The position numbers were made by a program, and so were the translations under genes. A stretch of 64,000 nt of DNA from a virus. Of this stretch, positions 21,028-33,800 are shown piece by piece. Each line of letters begins with the position of its first letter. Within the stretch, counting starts at the first letter, position 1. Location of the stretch: IMG/VR virus record IMGVR_UViG_3300050343_000190, positions 1 through 64,000 of that record; one strand, 5' to 3'. Below the pieces are notes generated by a model that had not been told where the DNA came from, did not search any database, and was given only the letters and a program-made list of their open reading frames with translations.

Positions 21028-23460
21028 ATGTCCCAGCTATTCGTTGATACTATAAGAAATAGAGATGGTAATGGTGCCCCAGTTTTTGATAAGGGTGTCG
21101 TTATTTCAGGTATAATTACTGCATCGGGATCTCTTGCTGGCGATTCTGTTTCGATTGGAGTAACAGAGGTTGTTAGTTCAGGGTTTGAATTAAAAAATAT
21201 CATCGACTTAGATGCAACCACAACTGCAACAATAGAAGCTGCTATTGTTCTTGCACCAAATGATTTTGCAAGTCTAAATGTAAGTGGTATCTCTACTTTT
21301 GGATCTAATATTGATTTAAACGGAAACATTGATATATTAGGCCATACAGAAACTAATACATTAAATGCTACTGGAATTTTAACAGCAGCATTATTATCAA
21401 CAGGAACGGAAGGATCCGATATTAGGATATCTTCAAACACAATTAGTGGTCCAGCAACAATTACAATTGATCCTGCAGGTATTGGGACAAACACAGGAAC
21501 AGTTGTAATCAATGGCGATCTTCAAGTAGATGGAGATACAACAACCGTAAACTCAACTACTTTAACTGTAGACGATAAAAATATTATTCTTGCTAGTGGA
21601 TCCCTCACCGACGCATCCTCTGATGGTGGTGGTATTACACTAGAATCTGGAGAAGGAAATAAAACAATTAATTGGGTTGACTCTACAGATTCTTGGACAT
21701 TCTCCGAGAACATTGATCTTGCTGCTAGTAAGACTTTTAAAATTAGTGGAACAGATGTTCTTTCATCAACTACTGTAGGTTCAGTGTCTGTAACTAACTC
21801 TTCTCTTCAAAATGTAGGAACACTTGCAGGAGTTCAAGTTAGTGGTGCTGCTACAATCGGTGGAGATTTAGATGTAGATGGTCATACCAATCTTGATAAT
21901 GTAAATGTTTCTGGTGCTATCACTGCCACTACATTTACCGGTAATCTAGCTGGATCGATTAATACTGCGGAACAAACTAGTATAACCAAACTTGGTACAC
22001 TAACGGAACTTGATGTAACTGGACAAACAGATCTTAGAAATGTAAGTATTGTTGGAGTAACAACTTTCACAGGTAACATTGACGCTAATGCTGACTTAGA
22101 TGTCGATGGTCACACAAATCTCGATAACGTAAGTATTGCTGGTGTTGTAACAGCAACAACATTTGTTGGAAATGGTGACTTTGTAGAACTAGATGTAGAT
22201 GGTCATACCAATCTTGATAATGTGAGTATTGCTGGTGTAACTACAACTTCAGGTTTACTTGATATTAATGCTGGTGGACAAGCAAATACTTTCAAGGTAG
22301 AAGATCTAACAGATAACCGTGTTATTATTGCTGGAACTGGTGGTGAACTTGAGGACGATGCCAATCTAACCTTCAATGGATCTACCCTTGCAGTTGGTGT
22401 TAATTTAGATATAACTGGAGACCTAGATGTTGATGGTCATACCAACTTAGATAATGTAACTGTTGGTGGGGCTATTACAGCAACCACATTCACTGGTAGT
22501 TTGTCTGGAGAAGTTGATACAGCAGCACAACCAAACATTACTTCGGTTGGTACTCTAACAGGACTTACGATATCTGGTAACATTACTGCTCAAGCAGATT
22601 TGGATGTAGATGGTCATACCAATCTTGATAATGTGAGTATTGCTGGTGTTGTAACAGCAACAACATTTATTGGAAATGGTGACTTTGTAGAACTAGATGT
22701 AGATGGGCATACAAACTTAGATAACGTAAGTATTGCTGGAGTAACAACTTTTGCAGGTAACATTGACGCCGATGCTGACTTAGATGTTGATGGTCATACC
22801 AATCTTGATAATGTAAGTATTGCTGGAGTAACAACTTTTGCTTCTAGAGTTGAACTTGATGGAGATCTTGATGTTGACGGAACTACTGAGTTAGATGTTC
22901 TTAATGTTGCTGAAACTGCTACATTCTCCGCGAATATCGATGCTAACAAGTCTGTAGATGTTGCAGGAAATCTCAATACGCTTACTCTTAGAGCAGGACT
23001 TTCAACATTCACTGGATTTGTTTATGATGAATTAGATCCTGATACTAGTTTAAGAAATGCAGGAGACTTTAATAATATTACTGGTGTAGCATTTACTAGT
23101 GGTTCAACAGATACATTATATTGGGACTTTGCTACGGCACCTTCCGTAATTGGTGGCGAGGCTAGTAACGGAATAGAGAATATTGAACTCGCTGGTCTTC
23201 CAACAAATAGCAAATATATGGTGAGAGCAACTTTAATCACATTTACTGATGCTGCCAATGACTGGGACACTGGTAACGTTGTGCTTAAAGTTAATGGTCA
23301 GACACCAACAAACTATCTTTGGAGAAATGGTGCTCAACCAGTTGGTACGACAACAGGTTCATCAAATGCTTTTGATATTGTAGAATTCAAGATTGTTCAT
23401 GATACGAACGATGAGTTCAGTGTATTCGCTGAGTGGTCTGCTTATCACGCCTCTACTTGA
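21028..23460 (+). CDS. Tail fibre-like protein with internal tandem repeats
   Basis: 810-aa ORF with a GDLQVDGDTTTVNSTTLTVDDKNI shaft motif and seven DGHTNLDNV repeats. Confidence 0.75.
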   Translation: MSQLFVDTIRNRDGNGAPVFDKGVVISGIITASGSLAGDSVSIGVTEVVSSGFELKNIIDLDATTTATIEAAIVLAPNDFASLNVSGISTFGSNIDLNGNIDILGHTETNTLNATGILTAALLSTGTEGSDIRISSNTISGPATITIDPAGIGTNTGTVVINGDLQVDGDTTTVNSTTLTVDDKNIILASGSLTDASSDGGGITLESGEGNKTINWVDSTDSWTFSENIDLAASKTFKISGTDVLSSTTVGSVSVTNSSLQNVGTLAGVQVSGAATIGGDLDVDGHTNLDNVNVSGAITATTFTGNLAGSINTAEQTSITKLGTLTELDVTGQTDLRNVSIVGVTTFTGNIDANADLDVDGHTNLDNVSIAGVVTATTFVGNGDFVELDVDGHTNLDNVSIAGVTTTSGLLDINAGGQANTFKVEDLTDNRVIIAGTGGELEDDANLTFNGSTLAVGVNLDITGDLDVDGHTNLDNVTVGGAITATTFTGSLSGEVDTAAQPNITSVGTLTGLTISGNITAQADLDVDGHTNLDNVSIAGVVTATTFIGNGDFVELDVDGHTNLDNVSIAGVTTFAGNIDADADLDVDGHTNLDNVSIAGVTTFASRVELDGDLDVDGTTELDVLNVAETATFSANIDANKSVDVAGNLNTLTLRAGLSTFTGFVYDELDPDTSLRNAGDFNNITGVAFTSGSTDTLYWDFATAPSVIGGEASNGIENIELAGLPTNSKYMVRATLITFTDAANDWDTGNVVLKVNGQTPTNYLWRNGAQPVGTTTGSSNAFDIVEFKIVHDTNDEFSVFAEWSAYHAST
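21862..22900 (+). repeat. Coding repeat array (LDVDGHTNLDNVSIAG units)
   Basis: Seven exact DGHTNLDNV peptides plus degenerate copies. Blocks starting near 22141 and 22645 are almost identical at DNA level. Confidence 0.9.
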
Positions 23461-23468
23461 TATAAATA
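23461..23468 (+). promoter_or_regulatory. T4-type late promoter TATAAATA
   Basis: Perfect gp55 consensus in the intergenic gap. Core TAAATA also occurs before genes at about 4389, 12482, 17799, 19247, 20998, 27348, 27702, 30839, 38517, 41318, 44479, 46388, 50098, 51343 and 58510. Confidence 0.85.
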
Positions 23469-23502
23469 ACTAAAACTAAAATCAGTAAGGGGATAGTGAA
23501 CC

Positions 23503-25416
23503 TTGGCTATTCAGAAGAATTTTGTTGTAAAGAACGGTTTAGAGGTTGACGAAAATACTCTATACGTCGATTCAGATGCAAATAAAGTTGGTATAGGTAC
23601 GATATTTCCTGATGTAGAACTCAGAGTAATTGGATCTATCGGATGTACTGATTTTAGTGCAACCAGAAATTTAAGAGCTAGTGGAATATCAACATTTAAT
23701 CAAGTTCAGTTTACTGGAGCAAATGTAACTATTGGTGATACCACCGGTGCGCCAGGACAATACTTGAGATCTACTGGTAGTGGCGTAGAGTGGGCATCTT
23801 TCCCTACCACAGTCAGAGCACAGCAAACTTTTATTGCTACAGATAATCAAACAACATTTACTTATGCATATAATATTGGGTTCCTTGATGTATACATCAA
23901 TGGTGTAAAATTAAGGGGAGACGGTGCATCTGATGTTTCTGATTATATTGCAAACAATGGAGTTAATTTTTCAGTAAATCAAGAGTGCTTTGATGGAGAT
24001 ATTGTTGAAGTAGCCGCATATAATCCAGCAGCAGTTGGCGGAGGTAATACCGGTATCCTTGGTGTTACCATTCAAGAAGAAGGAGTAATAGTAGGTAATC
24101 CAAACGGGGTTAATTCTATAAACTTTATTGGAGTTGCTATTACTGCAGTTGGTTCTGGTGCTGGTGTTACTGTTTATGGAACAGGTGGAGGTGGATCTGG
24201 AAGTCTTACTGTTAGAGATAAAAATAATATTGTAAGTGCTGCTACAAGCGATATAGATTTTACTGGAAATTCTGCGACAGTATTTACCAGTAGCGAAGGA
24301 GTAACCGTAGAAATTAATAGTGGAATTAATACTGTAGGAACAAGCACGTTCAACGATGTAAGAATTCTTGGAATTCTCACCGCAGCACAATACAGTGGAG
24401 ATGGATCTGGACTTACAAATATTACATCTACAGGAACTGGTGTAGAAATTCAAAATGATGGAGCATCAGTAGGTACTGCAGCAACAATTAGTTTTGTTGA
24501 AGGGTTTACTATAGAACCAATTTCGGCAGGTGTTGTTACGGTAAGAACTGCATATGCTTGGAGTGGAACTGCAGCAGGAATTAGCACAACTGCTAATGTA
24601 AGTATAAGTGGTCTTACCGCACTTACTAATGCTTCCGTATCAGGAGTATCTACTTTCGGTGGTATAATTGAAGCATCATCAGGTGAAAACAAAATACCTT
24701 CTTTATATGCTAATCTAGCAGCATTACCGAGTGCAGCGTCATATCATGGTATGTTTGCTCATGTTCACTCAGAAGGCAAAGGATATTTTGCACACGCTGG
24801 TAATTGGTTAGAGTTAGTCAATAGAGACACTGGTGGTAATGTATCAATAAGTGGAATTATAACTGCATCATCATTTAGTGGTTCTGGTGCTGGTCTGACA
24901 AGTCTTCCTTCGGGTCAACTTACTGGTGCTTTACCTGCAATTGATGGTTCTGCACTGACTGGAATTAGTGGTGGTGGTTCTGGTGGTGGTAAGTTTAGTG
25001 ATCAACAAACAAATGCAGGTATCCACACTACATCATCTCATGTTGGTTTTGGTACAACCAATCCAATAACTTCTATCCAAGTAAATAATGTTTATGGTAT
25101 TGAAACTGGATCTGGATCATTTACTGCTTCTGCTGGTATTGCATATACTGCAAATACATACACATCTACAGACTTTGTAAATTCAGAGTATACATTATTC
25201 TTCCAACATTCATCAGGAATTCAATCTCAAAAAATTCTTGTTATGGATAATGACTCCACAGCATATTCCCAGGAATATGCAATTATGTATAGTAGTGATC
25301 TTCTAGTTTCTGTCGGCGCAACAGTTAAATCTGGTAATGTAGAACTTTGGTGGACACCAGAAAGTGGAGTCAACGGTATCGTTACATATAGATTTACTAG
25401 GGAGACAATGATCTGA
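23503..25416 (+). CDS. Fibre-like structural protein (TTG start)
   Basis: MAIQKNFVVKNGLEV start, VGIGT repeats, a QTTFT..Y...LDVYINGVKL domain, and a perfect TATAAATA upstream. Confidence 0.75.
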   Translation: MAIQKNFVVKNGLEVDENTLYVDSDANKVGIGTIFPDVELRVIGSIGCTDFSATRNLRASGISTFNQVQFTGANVTIGDTTGAPGQYLRSTGSGVEWASFPTTVRAQQTFIATDNQTTFTYAYNIGFLDVYINGVKLRGDGASDVSDYIANNGVNFSVNQECFDGDIVEVAAYNPAAVGGGNTGILGVTIQEEGVIVGNPNGVNSINFIGVAITAVGSGAGVTVYGTGGGGSGSLTVRDKNNIVSAATSDIDFTGNSATVFTSSEGVTVEINSGINTVGTSTFNDVRILGILTAAQYSGDGSGLTNITSTGTGVEIQNDGASVGTAATISFVEGFTIEPISAGVVTVRTAYAWSGTAAGISTTANVSISGLTALTNASVSGVSTFGGIIEASSGENKIPSLYANLAALPSAASYHGMFAHVHSEGKGYFAHAGNWLELVNRDTGGNVSISGIITASSFSGSGAGLTSLPSGQLTGALPAIDGSALTGISGGGSGGGKFSDQQTNAGIHTTSSHVGFGTTNPITSIQVNNVYGIETGSGSFTASAGIAYTANTYTSTDFVNSEYTLFFQHSSGIQSQKILVMDNDSTAYSQEYAIMYSSDLLVSVGATVKSGNVELWWTPESGVNGIVTYRFTRETMI

Positions 25417-27350
25417 TGAAAAAATACACCTTAGAGCTGTTACGAGTCCAGACTATTGGTCCGAGATTCATGATGCTTTAATTGTAGATTCTAATCAAGA
25501 TAATATTCCAGATAGACAGGTTACATGCTCTGATTCTAAAAATCATAGTCCTACTAGAGGAACCTACGAATTAACAGAAGATGAAGCAGCAGAGATTGCT
25601 GTACATCCTCACATTAAGTGGATTGAGTTGTCTCCTACAGATAATCCAGAATCATATCCAAAACCAGATCTCGCTACAAAAAGATTTAAGAAAAATGTAA
25701 AGTTCTATCGGGATTTAGTTTCTCAATCCATACCAACTACAAGTCCAAGTTCTGATGAATTGGATAGATCTAATTGGGGTGTAGCAAGACCAACAGTTAG
25801 AAAAAGTGGAGAATTTTTTACCGATAACCTTGGTGCGGTTAATTTAGTAACAAAAGATGTATCATACAACCTTACTGGTAAAAATGTAGATGTTGTTATT
25901 CATGATTCTGGAGTTTTACAATATCATCCAGAGTTTATGGATGCAAATGGTCAGTCAAGAGTGAGAGATATTATTCTTGATGGTCCGTATTATATCGACC
26001 CAGATTACTTTATCTCTAATGGTTATACAACTACAAGAGCAGATGGTAGAGTAACAGGATCAGAAGTAGAATCAAGAGGATGGTGGACAAATAGTTCAAA
26101 TAGATCTGCACAATTCCAATCAGAAGGAACTATTTCAGTATCATCAAATTATACCGAAGCAAGATCTATGGGTGGATCTTTAGATGGAACTAATAGTTTA
26201 AGTAGTGGTCATGGAACTGCATGTGCATCTTTAGCAGCAGGTAAAAACTTTGGTAATGCTTTTGAAGCAAATATTTGGAATATGCCTGGTATTAGTGATA
26301 ATGTTTCAATGGGTCCTGAAACTAATTATGATGCGATGAAACTTTGGCAACGTTTGAAACCAGTTAACCCAGAAATTGGTAGAAAAAATCCAACCGTGGT
26401 TAATGGAAGTTGGGGATATCAAGCGGCCTTTGAATCTACTGATTTGGTTGATTATAAATTTAGAGGATCTACTGGATCATTTTCTGGTGATGCAGCAGTT
26501 ACTGATCAAGTTACTGCGATGAAGGATGGTCTTAATAATCAAGTTACCGGTGAATATAGATCTTGGTCAACATCATCAAGATCTTCATCAACAGATACTG
26601 CAGCAGATGAACTGATACAAACTGGAGTAATTTATGTTGCTGCATCAGGAAATAATAATCAAAGACTTGGAGTTGGTGCGGATGATGTAGATCGTTTAAA
26701 CTATATGGAAGATCATAGGTTCTTTTCTGGTGATCCCAGGTCAGAGTTTCCAGGAATTACTTGTCCATGCAATCATAGAGACTGGATGAATCCACAAGGT
26801 ATTGGATTTGAATCCGATAAGGATTTTCATCCAGTGGTTTGTGTTGGTGCAATAGAAGATAGTGTAACAACTGGTGGTGCAGAATATCAAGCAACTTATT
26901 CAAATAATGGTCCTGGTATTGATATCTGGTCTCCAGCAGATGAAACCTTAGCTGCAGGAGGGGATTTCTCTGGTGGTGGATATGATGACTATGAAAGATA
27001 TGATGATTCTAGATTTTATGACGCATACTTCAATGGAACATCTGCAGCTGGCTGCTCCAGTCGTCACTGGTATTATTGCGTTATATTTACAAGTAAGACC
27101 AACAGCAACATCTAGAGATGTAAAAAATTGGATTAAAGATAATGGTACATTATTACCACAAACTATTGATTCTAATTCTGGCGACGGATGGTGGAGTCCA
27201 TATAGTGACGACACCGACACTGCATATTGGACTGGATCATATAATTTAAGAGGTGCAGATTCTCGCGTTCTTTATAATCCATATGCTAATGATGATGCAT
27301 CCTCAATAGAAAATGTACAAATTGAAGGTATATCATTTCAAATATCATAA
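25416..27350 (+). CDS. Subtilisin-like (S8) serine protease (indels near 25435 and 27050)
   Basis: Catalytic motifs VDVVIHDSG (Asp), GHGTACAS (His), AASGN (oxyanion Asn) and FNGTSAAAPVVTG (Ser), with a prodomain-like N-terminus. Confidence 0.88.
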
Positions 27351-27365
27351 ATAACTAAAAAACCC

Positions 27366-27701
27366 ATGGCAGATAAGGATTTTGGTGTAAAAAAAATAAA
27401 TTTAATTAGTTCTTCTGGTTCTTCAAAAGTAACTAGTCCAACTACTTTAAATTTAAATGCACCAACTGTCGCAATCAGCACAGACGTTACAGTTGGTGGG
27501 AAAGTTCAGTCAGACATTATTGTAGGAACTGGGTATTCTGTAGGTATTGGTAGCACTCAACCTACAGTAAATCTGGACATTAATGGTGACGCAAGAGTTG
27601 GCGTAGACACTTCTAAAGGATTAATCTTGACTGATTCTACGGGAACTCAATATAGAGTCAGTGTAAATACTGATGGAACTATATTTACAGTATCTATCTG
27701 A
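27366..27701 (+). CDS. Short fibre-like hypothetical protein
   Basis: 111-aa ORF with VGIGSTQP..LDINGD and GLILTDSTGTQYRV, preceded by TAAATA. Confidence 0.65.
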   Translation: MADKDFGVKKINLISSSGSSKVTSPTTLNLNAPTVAISTDVTVGGKVQSDIIVGTGYSVGIGSTQPTVNLDINGDARVGVDTSKGLILTDSTGTQYRVSVNTDGTIFTVSI

Positions 27702-27731
27702 TAAATACAAACATAGGAAGACTCTACCAAC

Positions 27732-30700
27732 ATGGCAAGGAACAATAGAGAACTATCTCAGTTAGCCGCTTTTATCGGAATTGAGGATCACAGTCAAGAA
27801 ATTGAGTCGGGTTCTAATTACGAATACGCTCAAGTTGTAGCCATTGGAGCATCCCTCTATGCTGGTACAGATGAAGCTCCAGCAGTTGGAATAGGAACAA
27901 CAGATATAGTCAGAGCTTTCCAAGTTGCGTCTAGAGACGGATCTCTTTTTTCAAAAGTTCAAAACGCAGAAGGAGTACCACAAGGTGGTGGTGTTGAGTT
28001 AGAAGGTGATCTAGTAGTAGGTGGTATAAGTACTATAGGTGGTACTGTTACTATAAATGAAGGAATAAATGATATAGAGTATCAGGATTCATTGGCTCTT
28101 AGTATACCATTAAGAGTAGTTGAATTAGGCGGTAATATTGGTATTAACACATTGCTTCAAGGCAGTGTTGGTATTGGAACGACATTAATAGCATTAGATA
28201 TTAATAGTACAACTATTTCTATTGGAAACAGTGCTGGTGGAAAAATCACTTCTAAACTTCCACTCTTTGTTGATGGTGTTGATACATTTAATCTGGGAGC
28301 TGCATCTACAATTGGTGAAGTACAACCAATATTGGAGGTTCAGGGTGGTAAAACAAGTGTTCAAGGTCCAATAGTAATTGGGGCCAGGTCTTGCAGGAAC
28401 TTCAATATCTCAAACCACCGATACGGAAACTGGTTTAATAACAATTAATGGTGATATTGGACTAAGAGGATCAGTTTATCAAGATTTTGGAAATTTTAAA
28501 ACTCCAGAAATTAGTATTCTTTCCGGTGGTTCCATTTTTATGGAAGCGGACACCACTGTATTGCAATGCAAAAGTTTTAGTGATTTTAGTGAAGGTTATA
28601 CTGAACTTGGGGCGATAAGTCAGTCAAGTCCATTTATTGCTACTTTCAATTCTAGTATTTACATAAGTAATGGATCTAATCCTTTAGGATTCTCAACTAT
28701 AGGTGAACAGAATGCTGGCGCTTTACAAGTCGCTGGTGGAGCAATATTTGGACAAGATGTATTTATAGTTGGCCAACTTCAAACAACAGGAATTATTTCT
28801 TGTACAGACCTAGAAGTTAGTACTGGAATTGGTGGTCGAACTCAAATCTTCTCACCAACTATTGATATTGGTCAATCTGGAGTACTAGGAGTTTCAACTC
28901 ATAAAATAAATTTAAACAATCAGATAAACAGTGCTATTATACCATTTGAACCCAATTTCTATAATTTGGGCGATGCTTCATATACATGGAAAACTCTATT
29001 TGTAGAAACAATAAACGTAGATAACGTTGCTATTAATACTGAGGCAGTAGTAAATAACCTCAGAATTACTGGAGTATCAACTAATCAAGGAGAGTTTTAT
29101 CATACTGGACTTGAGGGAACTGCAATATTTTATAATGGTTTAGAAATTCAAAATAATTCAATCCTAGATAATACATTTATACAAACTTTAACAGCTGCTG
29201 ACGATATCCTAGGAACAGCAACAACTTCTTTAAGAGCACAAGCTATTGATGTTGGTGTTGCCGTAACAGATCAATATTATTCAGTTCTATTAACTGATAG
29301 TACTGGAAATAACACTAAAAGATCTGTATTTGTTGACCAACCAGATGCTGCATCTGGTGGTTTAAGATTAAATCCATTTGATCATAGTTTCTTGGTTGAT
29401 GCTAATTTATATGTTGGTGGTCCAATCACTTCCGATACCATCTACATTGGTATGAATCCCGAAATTTGCTATAACCAATAAAACTTTAGAATTTTATAAT
29501 GATGGTCCTAATATCATCAAGATGTTTACAAATGACCAAAGATCATTAAGTATTGGATCAACTCTTGGTATAACAACATTTAATACATATGAAACTTGCC
29601 TAAGAGGAAGTCTTAAGTTAGGTACTCCTGGTATTGATACAGCGGCGATTAGGTCTGCAAATGGTCTTGAAAACATAACTATCACTGGCAGTGACTTGAC
29701 GGAATTTTCCGGCAATATTGCGATGGAAGGAAGTGATATAGATGTAAGAAATGGAATACTTCGTCTTGCTAATAACTTCACCACAACGGTAGATGCATTT
29801 CAACTTGCTAATCAAATTACAATTGGTTCCACTGCAGGATTTACTTCTTTTAGAAACCCACTTGTAAGATTTGAGGGTGAGGTTAGGATTGATAGTAATA
29901 CAATTTTAGCATCTGATGGTCAACCAAATATCGTCATGACCGGTGCAGATTTGACTAGATTTGCTGGAGATATTCAAGTCGATGGTTCTGATATCCTAGT
30001 TGCTGGTGGTGTAACAAACATCACGATGGTAAATGGTAATAACACTATTTTTGCAGGTGATATTCAAGTTAATGGAAATGAACTTAGAGATTCTAATGGG
30101 GAATTATCTATATCTTTTATTGGAGATGGATTAGTTAGTATTGCTTCCACATTAAGGGTTGAAGGAAATTCAATTCAATCTGGTGCGGGTGTAACTAACA
30201 TAACTCTAGCGACGGGTTATACTCAAATTGAGGCTGCTGATCTTCGCGTTAATGGTGATAGAATTAGGGCATCTGATAATTCCATTAATATTACAATGGA
30301 TGCAGCAACCAACACAACCGTTGCTGGGGATTTAACAGTTGGAAGTAATAAAATAAATGCAGCAGATGGCGTCGAGTGTGTTGAATTAATAAATGGAACT
30401 GGTGCTGTTGGAATTGCATCACACTTAACAGCAAATGGAGATCTATATGTAAGGGGTAGTACAACAAATATCTTATCAGATAGTATTAATCTAAGAGATA
30501 AGTTAATTGATATTGGTTTAGGTATTAGTACAGTAACAAATTTTGAATTAGTAGTACCAACTTTAGATGAAAATAAAGATGTAGGATTACTTTTAAATTA
30601 CTATGATACTACTCCCAAGAAAGCAGCAATTTTCTGGGATGATTCTTTAGGATCTATTGGAATTGCATCAGATGTCTCAGAAACATCTGAAGTATTATCT

Positions 30701-30832
30701 ATTAATTCATATGCAAAAATTGTTACTAAATCAGTAACAATATCAGACTGTGCAGGAACTTCCGACATTATTGAGTGTGAAGGAACGACTAGAACTTTAG
30801 CAAATATCACCATCGATGGTGGGGAGTATTAA
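27732..30832 (+). CDS. Long fibre-like structural protein (~1030 aa, two frameshifts)
   Basis: Fragments 27732, 28378 and 29522 join. Contains GALQVAGG and repeated FxGDIQVxG units, and ends TIDGGEY. Confidence 0.7.
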
Positions 30833-30897
30833 GGTTACTAAATAAGATAGCACTCAATTTCTATTGGGTATTACGGTATATACCAAACATGTAGAAG

Positions 30898-33800
30898 ATG
30901 TCAGATCCCCAAATTCGTTTAAAAAGGTCAACGGTAGCTGGTAAAATTCCAACTACATCACAACTTGCTCTTGGTGAAATAGCTGCTGTAAATGCTTTTG
31001 ATGGAGAAATATTTTTAAAGCAAGATACAGCAGGAGTTGGAATTGCAACTCGCGTCATTAGAGTTGGCGCTGGAGGATCTTTAGGTAAAACTATTTTTGT
31101 ATGTAAAGAAGGTAATGATGATAATACTGGTCTAAATGAAAAGGATGCAAAACTAACAATCAAAAAAGCTGCTGCAGAGATAGCAGAAATTTTTGATACT
31201 GTTAAAGTTTATCCTGGTGTATATGTTGAAAATAATCCTATTTTACTCGATAAGAACGTATCAGTAGAAGGTTTAGAATTAAGAAACTGTATTGTTTCTC
31301 CAGGAAATGCAGATAAAGATTTATTTCATGTAAATGATGGATGTCATCTAACTGACCTTGGATTTACAGGTTCGATGGACGCAGGTTCTGCTGCAGTCGC
31401 GTTTAGACCACTTGAAAGCGTAGCATCTGATAGATATTTTGACGCAGCAAGACTTATTCGCGTCAACTCAGATTTTATTGCAAGAGAAGCAGTCGGATTC
31501 CTAACCAGTGGATATAGTGGATATGCTGGTGGCCACCTTGAACAAGATGGTGCAAATGCTCTTGAGGCTAACTTAGATTATATTGCTCAAGAAGCAGTTG
31601 GTTATATTACAAGTACTGACTATAAAAATCCAGCATTTGTTGTTACCGATGTTGGTGGTGCTGCAGATGATCCACAAAACTGTAGAGATGATATTAAAGA
31701 TATACTTAAATCAGTTGCATACGACTTAAAGTCTACTGGTAATTTACAATCAGTAGGAGCAGCATTATCATATTTCACAGGTGGAGCTCTTGCTCATGTA
31801 ACGGGAACAGATACAAATGGTTATAGTATTGCCGATGCTACTGTCGCTGCTATTGATCGCGCTGCTGGTATCTCAACATATGTAATCAACCAGAGACCAT
31901 GGGCTAGTGTTGGTGCTGGTGGTACTACAAATGTTACTGGATTTACTTACGATAAATTAACTGGTATTGCAACAGTCACTTCTGTTGGTCATGGTGTAAC
32001 AACTGGTGATATTGTTGAACTAGAAGGAATTGAATTTACCTGTCCTGGAGGCAGCGGAGTTACAACCAGTATTTTCCCAGATGGTTCAAACGGAGAATAC
32101 TTTACAGTAACAGAATATGTTGGAGTAAATACTTTCAAAACAAATGTTGGTATTTCTTCAATCTCACATGCATACGATACTGGTGGAACAGTAGAGAAGT
32201 ACGTTAATTATTCTACCAATAAAACTCAAGCAATTGATCCTACAAGAAGAAACAAGAGAATCTTATATGATAATTCAAATAATAAGATCGTTGTAGGAAC
32301 AGGATGGTGTACTGGTGTAGGTAATAGCATCAGTTATCTTACAGGAATTACATCAAGTGCTATTGGTGCTGGTTCTTCCTCTGGTGTTGTTGGAATTATT
32401 ACTGGTATCAATCTCGATACATTCCGTTGCTCAAGAGACGTAAGAGATATTCTCAAAGCAGTTTGCTACGATATTACAAGGGGTGGATCTACAAAAGTAG
32501 TTGCTGCTGGTAAGACCTACTTTGATGAGTCATTGGCTCAAATTGGTATTTCCTCCTTTGCTGCTGCTACTCTCAGTAAATCTCCATTTGATGAAGTAAC
32601 ACAAACAATCCGTGCAGTCGATTATGCACAAGATATTATTCGTTGCGTAATCAATAACACAACATGGGGTGGAGTTTCTATCGGATACACAACTCCAATT
32701 AGTGATATTGATTGGGATACTAATACTGGTCTTGCAACTGTTACAACCAGATTTAATCACGATCTATCTAAAGATGATGGTATTGAAGTTACTGGACTAG
32801 GATTTACATGTCTTCCAGGATCTCCTGGAGATGAAACTACAATTCTTACTGCAACTTATGATAGTGTTACTGGTATTACTACGTTTGAAACATCAACGAA
32901 TCATGAATTAAAGTCTGGTAATGGTATCATAGTTACTTCTACAACTGGTAGTGATTTCAATAATCTGATTGTAGATGATAGTATGTCCTCTACTACATTT
33001 ACAGCAAGAGTTGGAAATGGACTTGCAGCATCTGCGGGTTTAACTGGAACGATTAAGGTTCAGCGTTACTACACTCCAGAAGTAGGAATTAACTCTGCTG
33101 TTTACGATAGAATCACAGGATTTACTACAATTGGATTTACAGACAGTGGTTCTAGTAGTTCAGATAATGATCCGGCATATATTGATAATGATGGTAAAGT
33201 TCGTCTTGAGAATTTGGTATTCCAGTGCGACTCTGGTGGTGGTCTTTCGACTCAGTATTTCCCCTCAGGTGCTCTTGGATTTGACTTCCCAGTAGAAAAA
33301 GTTGGTGGAGACAGATATCAAGATTCTGCAAACTTAATCGCTGGTAACAAACTAGAAATCACAGATAAGGCTCTTGCGAATATTGCTATTCTTCATCCAG
33401 ATTTCTTCTATCCTGGAGATAATCAGATTACAACAACATCCAGATATAAGGATGCATATCGTCTAATCCAACAGAACAAAGGTGAAATTGTTGGTGCAGC
33501 ATATACAAATGCTCAAGTAACATATCCATCAATCGATTCTACTAAGTTCAGAAGAAATCTGAATTACCTAGTAGATGCTGTTTCTACAGATATCTTCACC
33601 GGTGGTAATAACTATACCGTTTCTGTTACTAACAAATACTTTGATAATGGAGGTTCTCTGATTGGAGAAGGTGATGATTCTATTGCAGGTGTGACTGAGG
33701 AAACAATTATTGCCTTCAATGAAGCAAAATCTTTAATGAAGCAGGCGATTGCTAATCAGTTATCAACAAAAGATACAACAGTTTCTGGTGGTTCTAGTTA

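Noticed and set aside
21862-22900. Repeat array as CRISPR or as a DGR template/variable repeat pair
   Set aside because: The repeats are in-frame coding units with synonymous variation. There is no unique-spacer structure, no adenine-specific mismatch pattern, and no cas or reverse transcriptase gene in the window.
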